Assembly: GCA_023431345.1 (NCBI GenBank)
Contig: JAEYWK010000186.1
Span: forward strand, 38,946 to 102,945
Origin: Pseudomonadota bacterium
GTDB lineage: Bacteria; Myxococcota_A; Polyangia; Polyangiales; Polyangiaceae
DNA length: 64,000 nucleotides
Direction: 5' to 3'
The translations under genes and the position numbers were made by a program. Each line of letters begins with the position of its first letter. Within the stretch, counting starts at the first letter, position 1. Below, one piece after another: positions 43,631 to 52,767 of the stretch. The notes beneath the pieces are model-generated. The model saw nothing but the letters and a program-made list of their open reading frames with translations. It was not told where the DNA came from and did not search any database.

Positions 43631-44979
43631 GTCAGACCTACCATCGGCCCCTTCGAGAACTCGGGGGTTCCGAAGGTTTGCTGGTCGTCGCCAAATAGGT
43701 TGAACAGCGACACGAGCAGGTTGTTGTGCGGCTCGTGATCCCTTTGAAGCCAGCGCCCCGTACGCAGGCCGCCGCCGTTGCCCGCGAGCAGGTAAGGCAT
43801 GTCGTTCTTCAAGTGGTCGGGCGGACTCTGCAGATTCGAGCCGAAGAAGACGATGGTTTCGTCCAAGAGGCTCCCGCTCTCCGTTCGTGCGTTCTGCAGC
43901 TGACCGATGAGATAGGCGTGCTGCTCCGCGTACCAAGTAAAGATTTTCGTGCACTCCGCGGGCTGGTAGCCGCCGTCGCCGGAGTAGAATTGCAGCGTCT
44001 CGTTCAGCCCCAGCCAGGGGTAGGTGTGCTTGGCTTCCGTGTCGCACCACTGCAGTGATGCGACCGAGGTGATGCGGCAAGCGAGCGCCATGACCAGCAT
44101 GTCGATCATGAAGCGCCCCACTTTCGGGATGGCGGCGTCCGTCAGCGGATCCTTCAAGCTGCCGTCGTCGGCCGATTGGAGACCGCTGCGCGGGTCGTAG
44201 TCGGAAGTGTCGACGCGGAGCGGCGCGGAGCAACTGGGCAGGGCCGTCAGCTCACGCTCGAGCTGCCGGACTTGCTCCAGGTGCAGCTCCAAGCGCTCGC
44301 GATCGGCCTGGCCGACCCGCGCCCTCAGCCGCGAGTAACGCTCGCTGACCGCGTCCAGGATCGATTTCTCCCAAGGGTCGCCCTTGGCACGAGGTGCCGC
44401 GCCGAACAGGCTTTCCCACACCTCCTGCGGATCCAGCCGCGGCGCGATGGGAGTGGCGCGCCCGTCATCGGCGTAATGAGCGATGTTGATCGGGCTCGGC
44501 AGTCCGTGCGACTTGCCGGTGCCCCAGCGCACCGCAAGCAGGAGGCTGGCCAGCTCGAGGCCTTTCGAGAGCCTGGGCGCGAGCACTTGGTCGATCGATG
44601 GCCCCATCGGGAATTTGCCGGAGCCCGGCTGCGCTATTCCCGTCAGCCACCCGACGAGGCCCGACTGGTCCTGATCCCCGTTTAGAAATTTCCACAGGGG
44701 AAAATCTACTCCACTGAAGCCCACCAGCTGCTGCTGGTAGGGAGCCAGCGAAGCCAGGATGGGGCCGAGTTTGAAGTTGTCCTCGGCGGTGAGCTCGGCC
44801 GGACGCCAGCTATCGAGGGTGGTGCCCGCCGGGGTGAACACGGTCACGAGGTGCTTGGCCGGCGGCGCCTTGGCGTGCGCTACCCGTTCGGGGGCCATGA
44901 TCTCGAGCCACGGCAGCGCCACCGCGACGCCCCCCGCCCCCCTCAACACCGCTCTCCGACTCAGACGAAATTTCGACAT
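43627..44979 (-). CDS. DUF1552-family protein with twin-arginine signal
   Basis: N-terminus MSKFRLSRRAVLRGAGGVAVALPWLEIMAPE is the characteristic Tat-signal start of DUF1552. 450 aa. Translationally coupled to the downstream DUF1592-family gene. Confidence 0.65.
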   Translation of the reverse strand: MSKFRLSRRAVLRGAGGVAVALPWLEIMAPERVAHAKAPPAKHLVTVFTPAGTTLDSWRPAELTAEDNFKLGPILASLAPYQQQLVGFSGVDFPLWKFLNGDQDQSGLVGWLTGIAQPGSGKFPMGPSIDQVLAPRLSKGLELASLLLAVRWGTGKSHGLPSPINIAHYADDGRATPIAPRLDPQEVWESLFGAAPRAKGDPWEKSILDAVSERYSRLRARVGQADRERLELHLEQVRQLERELTALPSCSAPLRVDTSDYDPRSGLQSADDGSLKDPLTDAAIPKVGRFMIDMLVMALACRITSVASLQWCDTEAKHTYPWLGLNETLQFYSGDGGYQPAECTKIFTWYAEQHAYLIGQLQNARTESGSLLDETIVFFGSNLQSPPDHLKNDMPYLLAGNGGGLRTGRWLQRDHEPHNNLLVSLFNLFGDDQQTFGTPEFSKGPMVGLT

Positions 44980-45142
44980 TGAAGGCGCTCCCGACCGATC
45001 CTTTGCCCGCGCGAGCGAGCGCTCGATCCGTTAGTGAGCCCAGCGCGCCGTTTCTGACCCAACTCGACGTGCCAATTTTCACGCTCGACCTGCGCTCGCG
45101 GCGGCGTCGGCATGCCGCTGCCAATGCGCTATTACTGACCTC

Positions 45143-45937
45143 ATGACGCGCCTCGCCATCGGCGGCCCGTACTCGGGAGCTTTCGGGCTTCTGGCCGTGC
45201 TGACGATGGGCTGCGGCGACGTGACTCAGCCGTCGCCCGAGGAGCTCAGGGAGCCGTCCGCCGTTGCGGCCAGCTTCGACGTCGCGCTGGCGTTCGACGG
45301 CGTGGACGATTACGCCACGCTCGGGACGGGGCGGGTGCCTGCGATCCAGCGTGACCAGTCGGTGATGCTGTGGTTCGAAGCCGCGCCCGGCGCCAGCGGC
45401 GCTTCCGAAGGGAGGCAGGCGCTCTTCACGCTGCGGCGCAGCGACGGCTCGGGCTACGCGCTGACGCTCGACGACGGCGTGCCCTACGCCTTCAACGTGT
45501 ACGCGCAGCGGACACTGGCGCGCGCGGCCCTGCCGATCACGACCGGCATTTGGCACCACCTCGCGCTCGTCATCGACGCCTCGGGCGGCCGCCTCTATGT
45601 CGACGGCGTCGAGGCCGGCGCTGGCGATCGCCCGGCCACCAAGCGCACGCCCACGCACGCCTTCCTCGGCAGCCTCGACGGCTACAGCTCGATGTTTCAC
45701 GGCTCCATCGACGAGCTGCGCCTGTACGATCGAGTCGTCTCCGTCGACGAGGTGGCGCGCGCCGCGGCCGGCGACGCGCCCGACCCGGACGTGGGCTCAC
45801 TCGTGATGTATCTGCCGTTCGACGAGGCCAGCGGGGCGCGCAGCTTCGATCGCTCGGGCCTGGCCAACCACGCGGCGCTGGGGGACGGGGTGCCGTCGCT
45901 CATGCCGTCGCGGGTGCCATCGGGCGTCCCGCGCTGA
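45143..45937 (+). CDS. Lipoprotein with concanavalin-A-like/LamG_3 domain
   Basis: Lipobox LLAVLTMGCGD. LAFDGVDDYATLG and WHHLALVIDASGGRLYVDGVEAG...GSIDELRLYDRVVSVDEV are hallmark LamG_3 segments. Confidence 0.6.
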   Translation: MTRLAIGGPYSGAFGLLAVLTMGCGDVTQPSPEELREPSAVAASFDVALAFDGVDDYATLGTGRVPAIQRDQSVMLWFEAAPGASGASEGRQALFTLRRSDGSGYALTLDDGVPYAFNVYAQRTLARAALPITTGIWHHLALVIDASGGRLYVDGVEAGAGDRPATKRTPTHAFLGSLDGYSSMFHGSIDELRLYDRVVSVDEVARAAAGDAPDPDVGSLVMYLPFDEASGARSFDRSGLANHAALGDGVPSLMPSRVPSGVPR

Positions 45938-45952
45938 CGTCGAGCGCGCCCT

Positions 45953-46753
45953 TCAATCGCTGAAAACGCCGCTCGGCGAGACGCGGCTCAGGCTCACGGC
46001 GGCGTCGTCGGCATAGAGCACGAGCGGCTGAGGCTCTGCGCGCTCGGCCGTGTTGCTCAAGCTGAGCGTGAGCTCACCGCTCGGCGCGCCGGGGCGCTCG
46101 TTCAAATCGTAGCGAAGCGCGCCGTCGAGCCACACCCGCAAGCGACCGGAGCTTCGCGGCTCGTAGCGCACCTCGAGCTGAAACCAGCGCCCCACCTCGA
46201 TGTGTGGCGCTGGTTCGGCCACCGGCTCGAGGAGGAAGTTGGCATGATTGTTCATCACTTGCAGCACGTACCCGCCCGTCTTCAGGCTGCGCAGCACGAG
46301 CGCCTCGCCTCCCGCCGGCAGCTCGCCGGGCGCCGCTCGCGAGCGCAGCCGCAGCAAGGTCAGCATGGGATCGAGCCGATATTGCTCGGGGAGCAGGAAC
46401 CATGCGCTGTAGTACGCGTCGGCGAGCTCCCCCACGGCGTGAAACAGCTCGGGCCCTTCCTCTCCTTCGGCGACGCTCCTCGATGGGTCGTCGGAGTCTT
46501 TGGGATTCCAGCCCGTGGGGTTGGAGAGCTTGAGCGCGTAGCGACCGCTGCGCACCCGCTCGCTCGTGATCTCGATGGTCGAATCGGGCGGCAGCCGCGT
46601 ACCGCCGAGATCGCCGCTCTTCCACTGCTCGAGATCACCGGTCTCTTGATCCGCGGTCCACACGAGATCGGTACCCAGATCGAGCGGGTCGCTGCAGCCG
46701 CCGAGCAGCAGCGCGGCGGCGGCTGCGCCGTTGGTGCAAAGACCACGGAGCAT
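45953..46753 (-). CDS. Lipoprotein, beta-jelly-roll-like, function unknown
   Basis: Internal start MLRGLCTNGAAAAALLLGGCSD (lipobox). The first 30 codons of tabulated ORF 45953..46843 would overlap the upstream gene. No recognisable catalytic motif. Confidence 0.5.
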   Translation of the reverse strand: MLRGLCTNGAAAAALLLGGCSDPLDLGTDLVWTADQETGDLEQWKSGDLGGTRLPPDSTIEITSERVRSGRYALKLSNPTGWNPKDSDDPSRSVAEGEEGPELFHAVGELADAYYSAWFLLPEQYRLDPMLTLLRLRSRAAPGELPAGGEALVLRSLKTGGYVLQVMNNHANFLLEPVAEPAPHIEVGRWFQLEVRYEPRSSGRLRVWLDGALRYDLNERPGAPSGELTLSLSNTAERAEPQPLVLYADDAAVSLSRVSPSGVFSD

Positions 46754-46755
46754 GC

Positions 46756-47607
46756 TCAGTCGATCGCGAAGCAATACAGCTTGCCGGCCCCGCCTCGGGG
46801 AGCCGTGTCGCTGCAGTCTTGGTTCTCGTGCGACGAGTTCCACGAGCCGTAGTTGCCGTCGGGGTTACCGCCGGGCCCGAGGCCGTCGGAGTGGCCCACC
46901 TGGGCCTTGTGGCTGGCGGAGTCGCTGGTCCAATCCTGGCAGGTGTTGCCGGCCTTGCTGACCGTGCCGTCAGGCTCGGAGCCCGTGAAGATGTCGTGTT
47001 CGTTGGGAGAGGGCGAGCCCTGCCACTGTCCGTTGACCTTGTTCTTCTTTTCGTCCAGGAACAGCTCGGCGTTGCCCTTCAGGGCGTGCAGAGCCGCCAG
47101 ATCGGCCGCGACCATCACGCCCATCGAGTTGTGCCAAGGCCCTTGCCCGATGCGATCTTTGGCGTTCGCGCTCGAGGTGCTCAGGTAAGCGCGGAAGGTG
47201 TGGTCGCCAAAGCCGGCGGCAACTGCCAAATCTTGGCAGCGCTTGTCGGCGCCTTCGAGTCCGCCGAGCTTGCCCGTCTTGCTCGTGTCGCTCGTGACGA
47301 AGAACGTCGTCTTCGATTTGCCGCCACCGGAGCCACCGGAGCCGCTGGCGCCGCCCGTCGCTCCGCCGCTACCGGCATCCCCGCCGCCCGCGTTGCTGCC
47401 TGCGCCGCCCGCGCTACTGCCTGCGCCGCCCGCGCTGCTGCCTGCGCCGCCCGTCGCGACGCCGCCGCTGCTCATGCCAGCCGCAGCGCCGCCGCTTGCC
47501 CCGGAACCTCCGGAGCCGCTGCCGGGGTCGCTGTCGTCGCTGCAGCCGAGCGCCGCAAGCAGGCTGATGAATGCCAACTGGTCGAGGGTCTTGCAGCGAA
47601 CAGCCAT
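46756..47607 (-). CDS. Lipoprotein with Gly/Ser/Ala-rich tandem-repeat linker and Cys-containing C-terminal domain
   Basis: Start MAVRCKTLDQLAFISLLAALGCSDD (lipobox). Linker GGAGSSAGGAGSSAGGAGSNAGGGDAGSGGATGGASGSGGSGGG encoded by near-perfect DNA tandem repeats at about 47390-47470. C-terminal domain with 6 Cys (CQDLA...CQDWTS...QDCSD...LYCFAID). Confidence 0.5.
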   Translation of the reverse strand: MAVRCKTLDQLAFISLLAALGCSDDSDPGSGSGGSGASGGAAAGMSSGGVATGGAGSSAGGAGSSAGGAGSNAGGGDAGSGGATGGASGSGGSGGGKSKTTFFVTSDTSKTGKLGGLEGADKRCQDLAVAAGFGDHTFRAYLSTSSANAKDRIGQGPWHNSMGVMVAADLAALHALKGNAELFLDEKKNKVNGQWQGSPSPNEHDIFTGSEPDGTVSKAGNTCQDWTSDSASHKAQVGHSDGLGPGGNPDGNYGSWNSSHENQDCSDTAPRGGAGKLYCFAID

Positions 47608-47666
47608 GTCACACCTCGCAGTGAGGGATTGGACCATCCCCGGCATCAAATGCCGGAACCGAAGGT

Positions 47667-50222
47667 CTAAGCGCTGGCGGCGGGGCTCGCAAGTCCCTTC
47701 TTGGCGCGCCGCTGCTCCAAGTAGGCCAGGATCGACGGCAACCACAGCACGGTCGCCGCGAGGCAAGTCAGCTCACCCACGGCCGCGCTCAACCCAAAGC
47801 TATGGATGCCCTTGTTGATCGAGAACAGCAGGGCGAGATAGCCGATGGAGGTCGTCAGCGAGCACAGCGTGAGCGCCCCACCCGTGGCCAGCACCACTTG
47901 GCGCAGCTTGCCCGGCCCCTCGAAGCGGTAACGCTGCATCATGTTGTGGGCATATTCCGCGCCAATGCCGATGGTTATCGGGATCGCTACGAAATTCAGA
48001 AAGTTCAGCTTGATCCCCTTCAAGTACATGAAGGCCACGAGCCCCGCGACGCCCAGCAGCCAGGGCACGAACACACCTAGCGCCAGCTTGTTGCCGCGAA
48101 ATGCGATCAAAATGATCAAGATGGTTCCGAGCGCAGACACGAGCATCGCGCGCGGCGCATCCTCGCCGATCGTGTAGATCATGTCGGCGAAGATCACCGC
48201 CCGGCCGGAGCCGTGAATCACCTCGCCGTTCGGTAGCTTCACCTCGCGGAAGCTGTTGGCCCAGCGCATCAAGTACTTCGCGTCCCAGACGCTGCGACCG
48301 TGCCGGGGCACGATGTAGACGATGCGGCCGCGGGTGCCGTCGCGCTCGGTGAACGGTCGCGCCGCTTGCTCGGGCAAATCATCGATCCCGATCGGCTTGA
48401 TTTCGCCCTTCGGCAGGTGCTTCTCGATCTTCGCCCAATCGGCGTCGCTGATCACGCCGCGCTTACGCGCGCGCTCGATGCGATCGCGCATCGCCTCGAT
48501 CAGCGGGATTTTCTCGGACTGATCGCGAGGCAGCAGCGAGAAGATGCTGACCGTCTTGCCGAACGGCTCGAGCTCCGGATCGGGAGTGCGGCGGCGCTTT
48601 TCGAGCTCGACTTCGAGCGGCGGCACCTGGTCGACGCGATCGGTCACGATCGCGATGCCATCTTGTCCGACGCGCCCCACCACGTTGTCGACGACGTGCG
48701 TCAGCTGCTTGGCCGCCGACTTGTTCTCGGCGTCGTCGTTGCCGATGTTTCGCAGGTTGTACTCCATCGGGTCATCGTAGAAGTACAGGGCGGTGAGCCC
48801 GACCGTGACGAGGCCGATGGCGAGCCCGGTGGAGGCGACCAGCCGCGGCGCCCCCAAGCCCAGCCGCGCGAACAACACGCCGAAGTAAGAGCCGAGGCTC
48901 CAGGCCTTCTCTCCTTCGCGATAGGCGGGCAAGACGCGCTCGCTGGCGGAGAGCAGCGCAGGCGTGAACAAGTAGGTCGACAGCCAGCAGAACAGCATGC
49001 CGTAGCCGCCGATGATGCCGAAATGCTTGAAGCCGCGGAAATCCGTGACGATCAGCGAGCCGTACGCGAGAGCGCCCGTCGCCGCCGAGGCGAGCGTGGG
49101 TATCCAGGTGTCGCGATGGGCGAGGCGGATCGCCTCCGCGATGCCGAACCCCTGATCACGGCGGGCTTCGACGTAGCGCGCCATGTACACGATGCCGTAG
49201 TTGATCCCGTTACCGGCGATGATGCTGACCAAGAAGCCAGTCGAGCTGTTGAGGTAACCGATCGTGTAGCGGGTGACGCCGAACGTCCACAGCAGGCCCA
49301 CCAGCAGCGCGCCACCCATCGTCATCACGACGCGGATGCGATTGAAGTAGAGGTACACGATGGCGAGCACGCCCGCCACGCCGCCGACGCCCACGTGGCT
49401 CAAGTCGCTGGTGATGCGCTCGTATTCTTCGGCGCCCGTCACGAGGTCGCCCGTGTACTGGACGATCATCGTCGGCTCGAATCGCTTCGGGTCGACCTTG
49501 GCGACGACCGCCTCGACCTTGCGCCGCAGCTCCGCCGTCTTCTCTTTACCGCCCACGGGCGTGCGAATCAGGATCGCCGCGAGCGACCCCTCCGGGTTCT
49601 CGTAGTAGCCGTTCGGGAACGTCGGCCCCGACGACGGAGCGGCGGGCGTGCGCGCCGCGAGCTCTTTTTCGATGCTCTCCGCCGTGATCGGCGGCGGCTC
49701 GTCTTCCTCGTCGAGCAGCGCGCCTTGCTGCTTGGCGACCTCCCAGTCGTAGCGCTCGATGATGCGATCGTGGGCCTTTTGCAGGTCCTCCTTCGCGGCG
49801 TACAAGAGCGCGTTCTCTTCGAAGAAGCGCCGCGCGTCCTTCACGCCGTAGTCGACCGCGCCGACCCACTCTTTGCCGAGCCCGTACAGCTCGGGCACGA
49901 GCGCGTCGACGCACGCCTCGAGCTCGCGCTGCTTGCCGCCTTGCTCCGTTCTGACGATCAAGCTCAACGTCGCGCTGCCGGCGAGGCGCGCGCTGGCGCG
50001 GCGCATCTCGATCACGCTGGGTTTGTTGTCGGGCAAGAGCTCCGACAAGTCGAGCTTCAGGTCCAGCCGCGAGGACGCCCACGCCGCCGGCAGCATGGTC
50101 AGCACGGCGATGACGATGAGCAGCCACGGTCGGCGTGCCTGCAGCTCCGCCAGCAGCGCGAGTAGCGTCGGAAGGCGGCGCTCGCGGTCGGACGAGTCGG
50201 GAGGTGGATCGGCTTCGGCCAT
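47667..50222 (-). CDS. RND-superfamily MMPL-type exporter (two 6-TM bundles with two large periplasmic loops)
   Basis: Start MAEADPPP. Two repeats each with a large loop followed by a TM cluster (e.g. ALLVGLLWTFGVTRYTIGYLNSSTGFLVSIIAGNGINYGIVYMARY and ILIILIAFRGNKLALGVFVPWLLGVAGLVAFMYL...FVAIPITIGIGAEYAHNMMQRY). About 850 aa. Confidence 0.75.
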   Translation of the reverse strand: MAEADPPPDSSDRERRLPTLLALLAELQARRPWLLIVIAVLTMLPAAWASSRLDLKLDLSELLPDNKPSVIEMRRASARLAGSATLSLIVRTEQGGKQRELEACVDALVPELYGLGKEWVGAVDYGVKDARRFFEENALLYAAKEDLQKAHDRIIERYDWEVAKQQGALLDEEDEPPPITAESIEKELAARTPAAPSSGPTFPNGYYENPEGSLAAILIRTPVGGKEKTAELRRKVEAVVAKVDPKRFEPTMIVQYTGDLVTGAEEYERITSDLSHVGVGGVAGVLAIVYLYFNRIRVVMTMGGALLVGLLWTFGVTRYTIGYLNSSTGFLVSIIAGNGINYGIVYMARYVEARRDQGFGIAEAIRLAHRDTWIPTLASAATGALAYGSLIVTDFRGFKHFGIIGGYGMLFCWLSTYLFTPALLSASERVLPAYREGEKAWSLGSYFGVLFARLGLGAPRLVASTGLAIGLVTVGLTALYFYDDPMEYNLRNIGNDDAENKSAAKQLTHVVDNVVGRVGQDGIAIVTDRVDQVPPLEVELEKRRRTPDPELEPFGKTVSIFSLLPRDQSEKIPLIEAMRDRIERARKRGVISDADWAKIEKHLPKGEIKPIGIDDLPEQAARPFTERDGTRGRIVYIVPRHGRSVWDAKYLMRWANSFREVKLPNGEVIHGSGRAVIFADMIYTIGEDAPRAMLVSALGTILIILIAFRGNKLALGVFVPWLLGVAGLVAFMYLKGIKLNFLNFVAIPITIGIGAEYAHNMMQRYRFEGPGKLRQVVLATGGALTLCSLTTSIGYLALLFSINKGIHSFGLSAAVGELTCLAATVLWLPSILAYLEQRRAKKGLASPAASA

Positions 50223-50239
50223 GCGGGCTTGCCGTGTTA

Positions 50240-51172
50240 TCACAAAGCCAACGAAACCCCGCCCGTCAGGCCGAGCCAAACGTAGGGCAGATGGCCTACC
50301 GTACCTTGGGGCAGCTGCGAGAGCGCTGGCGCGAAGGGGAACACGGCCGCAGAGGCCCCGAGAAACGGGCTGAAGAGGCGCTCCTCTGCCACTCCGAAGT
50401 GGAGGCCCAGCCGACCGCCGACGCTGAAGGCCGTGTCGCTCGACGGGCGGCGCGTCGACTGTCCGCCGACCTCCGCGCGCATGCCGACGGCGCTGGCGTC
50501 GATGCTCGTGGAGAGCGGCCCGCGCAGCACGACCCAGCGCGCTCCGATCGCCACGTCCAGCCGCTCCACCTCTGCACGGCCAGCGAACGCGCCGGTGTAC
50601 TCGAGCTTGGCCTTCGGCCAGTAGCCGGTGGCGAGCGTCAGCCGCGTGCTACCCGAACCGAGCGCGACGCCGAGCGCTCCGCCAAAGCTCACCACGCGCG
50701 CGCTGTCGGAGAGCGGCGTGCTGAACGCGCCGCGGGCAGCGAGCTCGATGCGGACGCGTTTTGGCGCCGTCGCTACCTCCGGCCCGGTCTCGGTCTCGGT
50801 CTCGGTCTCGCGAGCGGGAGGGGCGGCCTGCGCTGGCGCAGGCAAGGTGGCCGGTCGTCGAGGTGCGCTCGCCGTTTCGGGCTCGGGCTCGGGAGCGCCG
50901 AGGTCGGGCGGCATGAGCGAGACGACGACCAGCACCGAAACGAAGTGGCTGCGGCGATCGCAATCGCGCGCAGCGTCTTCGTAGACGCGCACGTTGGTCT
51001 TGCCGTCGCGCGTGATCGCGATCGCGATGCTGCCCCCGCGATCACTGATGACGACGCTCGCATCCGCGGGCACCGCCTGGCGCTGCGCGGGTGTCGTGAG
51101 CTCTCGCACCTCCGCCTGCACGGCATCCGGGCTGGGGCAGCCGGAGTCGCTTTGAATGGGGAGCAGCTCCAC
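50240..51172 (-). CDS. Hypothetical protein with ETETETE Pro-rich linker and beta-rich C-terminal half (first gene of the MMPL operon)
   Basis: No obvious signal peptide at the tabulated start. Linker EPEPETASAPRRPATLPAPAQAAPPARETETETETGPE encoded by a (GGTCTC)x4 tandem repeat at about 50790-50815. C-terminal alternating pattern. Ends 18 nt before the MMPL gene start. Coding status is moderately uncertain. Confidence 0.4.
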   Translation of the reverse strand: MELLPIQSDSGCPSPDAVQAEVRELTTPAQRQAVPADASVVISDRGGSIAIAITRDGKTNVRVYEDAARDCDRRSHFVSVLVVVSLMPPDLGAPEPEPETASAPRRPATLPAPAQAAPPARETETETETGPEVATAPKRVRIELAARGAFSTPLSDSARVVSFGGALGVALGSGSTRLTLATGYWPKAKLEYTGAFAGRAEVERLDVAIGARWVVLRGPLSTSIDASAVGMRAEVGGQSTRRPSSDTAFSVGGRLGLHFGVAEERLFSPFLGASAAVFPFAPALSQLPQGTVGHLPYVWLGLTGGVSLAL

Positions 51173-51286
51173 GATTTTTCTCTAGTCCAGCCTGCGTCAG
51201 TTCAAAAGGCAGGCATACTCAAGCCGGCCTTTCGTCGGCGCCCCGGGAGTTTTTTGCGGAGGAGCCAAATTTCTGAAAAGGCAAAG

Positions 51287-51934
51287 ATGGTAGCCCCCCT
51301 GGATCAAGGCAGGAACGTGCTGGCCAGTGAGCTCCGAGCCGACCGGGCTCCGGATGAGAACCCACCCCACAAGGGCGGTGGTGTCTCTGCGCTCAGCTTC
51401 GAGGCGCTCTACGAGCAGTGGTTCAGCGATGTCTCGCGCTGGGTGCGCGCGCTCGGAGCCGGTGACGCCGACCGTGACGACTTGGTGCAGGACATCTTCC
51501 TCGTCGTTCATCGCCGGCTTTCGGATTTCGACGGACACAACGTGGCAGGGTGGCTCTACCAAATCGCTCGGCGCAAGGTGCGTGATCACCGTCGCCTACT
51601 TTGGGTGAAGCACCTGTTCGGAAATACCAGCTCCCCCTTGACCGACGCGACGCTGGCCACGACGAGCGGACCGCTCGATGCGCTCGAAACGAAGCAAAAG
51701 CAGGCCCTACTTCAAACTTTGCTGGAAAAGCTGAACGAAGATCAGCGCGCTGCGTTCGTGCTCTTCGAAATCGAAGGCAATAGCGGCGAAGATATCGCTG
51801 CGCTACAAGGTGTACCCATCAACACCGTGTGGGCGCGCATTCACAAAGCTCGCAAGAAGCTGCAGGAGCAAGCCGCGCGCTTCGAGAAGCGGGGCGCTCA
51901 GGGCGGAGCTCGACGTCGGGGGAGGGTTCGATGA
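51287..51934 (+). CDS. ECF (group IV) RNA polymerase sigma-70 factor
   Basis: Start MVAPLDQ. Region 2 (DDLVQDIFLVVHRRLSDFDGHNVAGWLYQIARRKVRDHRR). Region 4 HTH (LNEDQRAAFVLFEIEGNSGEDIAALQGVPINTVWARIHKARKKL). The upstream 384 codons of ORF 50135..51934 are Arg-rich non-coding. Confidence 0.8.
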   Translation: MVAPLDQGRNVLASELRADRAPDENPPHKGGGVSALSFEALYEQWFSDVSRWVRALGAGDADRDDLVQDIFLVVHRRLSDFDGHNVAGWLYQIARRKVRDHRRLLWVKHLFGNTSSPLTDATLATTSGPLDALETKQKQALLQTLLEKLNEDQRAAFVLFEIEGNSGEDIAALQGVPINTVWARIHKARKKLQEQAARFEKRGAQGGARRRGRVR

Positions 51935-52599
51935 AGCGCTTGATCGAAGAATCCGAGCCGGCGCTGAGCACGCTGACGCAGCTGGTTGCTAGCAGCGCTC
52001 CGCACCAGTCGAGCCCGTTCGCGAAGCGCCACGTTTACTCGCGCATCCAGCGCGCCCTCGAGGCGAGCCCTTCGCGCGCCGCCTGGCGTCCCGCCCTCCT
52101 CGCGACGGCAGGCTTGCTGATCGCGGCCACGGCGGCCGCCGCCGGATATTCCATCGTTGCGCCGGAGGCTCCGGCGCTCACGCCCGCGCCGTTCGAGCGC
52201 GCCCTGCCTCCTGCGGTTCGTGTGGCGCCTGCCCCGGCTTCGGTGTCACCGGTCACACCTCCCCCCGTCGAGCCTGAGGTCGAAGTCGGCGTCAAAGACG
52301 AAAAGCCGAGCGAACGTCGCGTCGAGAGGCCGCCCCGGCCCGGCGAAGACCCGACCCAGGTCGCCGAAGCCGTGCGCGCCCTGCGCAAACAAGGCGACCC
52401 GGCGCGCGCGCAAGCCTTGCTCGACCAATACTTGCGCTCGAATCCGCGCGGGGCGTTGTCGGAAGACGCGCTGGCGCTGTCGATCGAAGCCGCGGCCGCG
52501 CGCAAGGATCCGCGCGCGGCCGATTATGCGCGCCGCTACCTGGCGCGCTATCCTCAAGGCCGCTTCCGCCCGATGGCTGAACGCGTGCTGGCGAAATAG
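51931..52599 (+). CDS. Putative anti-sigma factor (single-pass membrane protein with periplasmic helical domain)
   Basis: ATGA overlap with the sigma factor stop. Start MKRLIEESEPALSTL. TM ALLATAGLLIAATAAAAGYSIV. Pro-rich spacer. C-terminal helical repeat (EAVRALRKQGDPARAQALLDQYLRS...ARRYLARYPQGRF). Confidence 0.55.
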   Translation: MKRLIEESEPALSTLTQLVASSAPHQSSPFAKRHVYSRIQRALEASPSRAAWRPALLATAGLLIAATAAAAGYSIVAPEAPALTPAPFERALPPAVRVAPAPASVSPVTPPPVEPEVEVGVKDEKPSERRVERPPRPGEDPTQVAEAVRALRKQGDPARAQALLDQYLRSNPRGALSEDALALSIEAAAARKDPRAADYARRYLARYPQGRFRPMAERVLAK

Positions 52600-52767
52600 C
52601 GCCGAAAGCTCGGGTGGCGCGGCGCGCTCTGCGCAGCGTAGCCCGCGGGGTTGCGGACCACTGACCGATCCCTGACAGCTGTGTGTCAGGGATATTGCAG
52701 CGGTTCGGGCCCCGCGTTGGGGGGCCACTGCCGGTACCGGAGGCGCGGTGCTAGGCCATGGGCCCCG

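Noticed and set aside
50135-51286. N-terminal 384 codons of tabulated ORF 50135..51934
   Set aside because: Only the last about 215 aa (from MVAPLDQ at 51287) form the ECF sigma factor. The upstream portion is Arg-rich, overlaps the convergent minus-strand gene and the MMPL start, and has no sigma region 1 or other motif.
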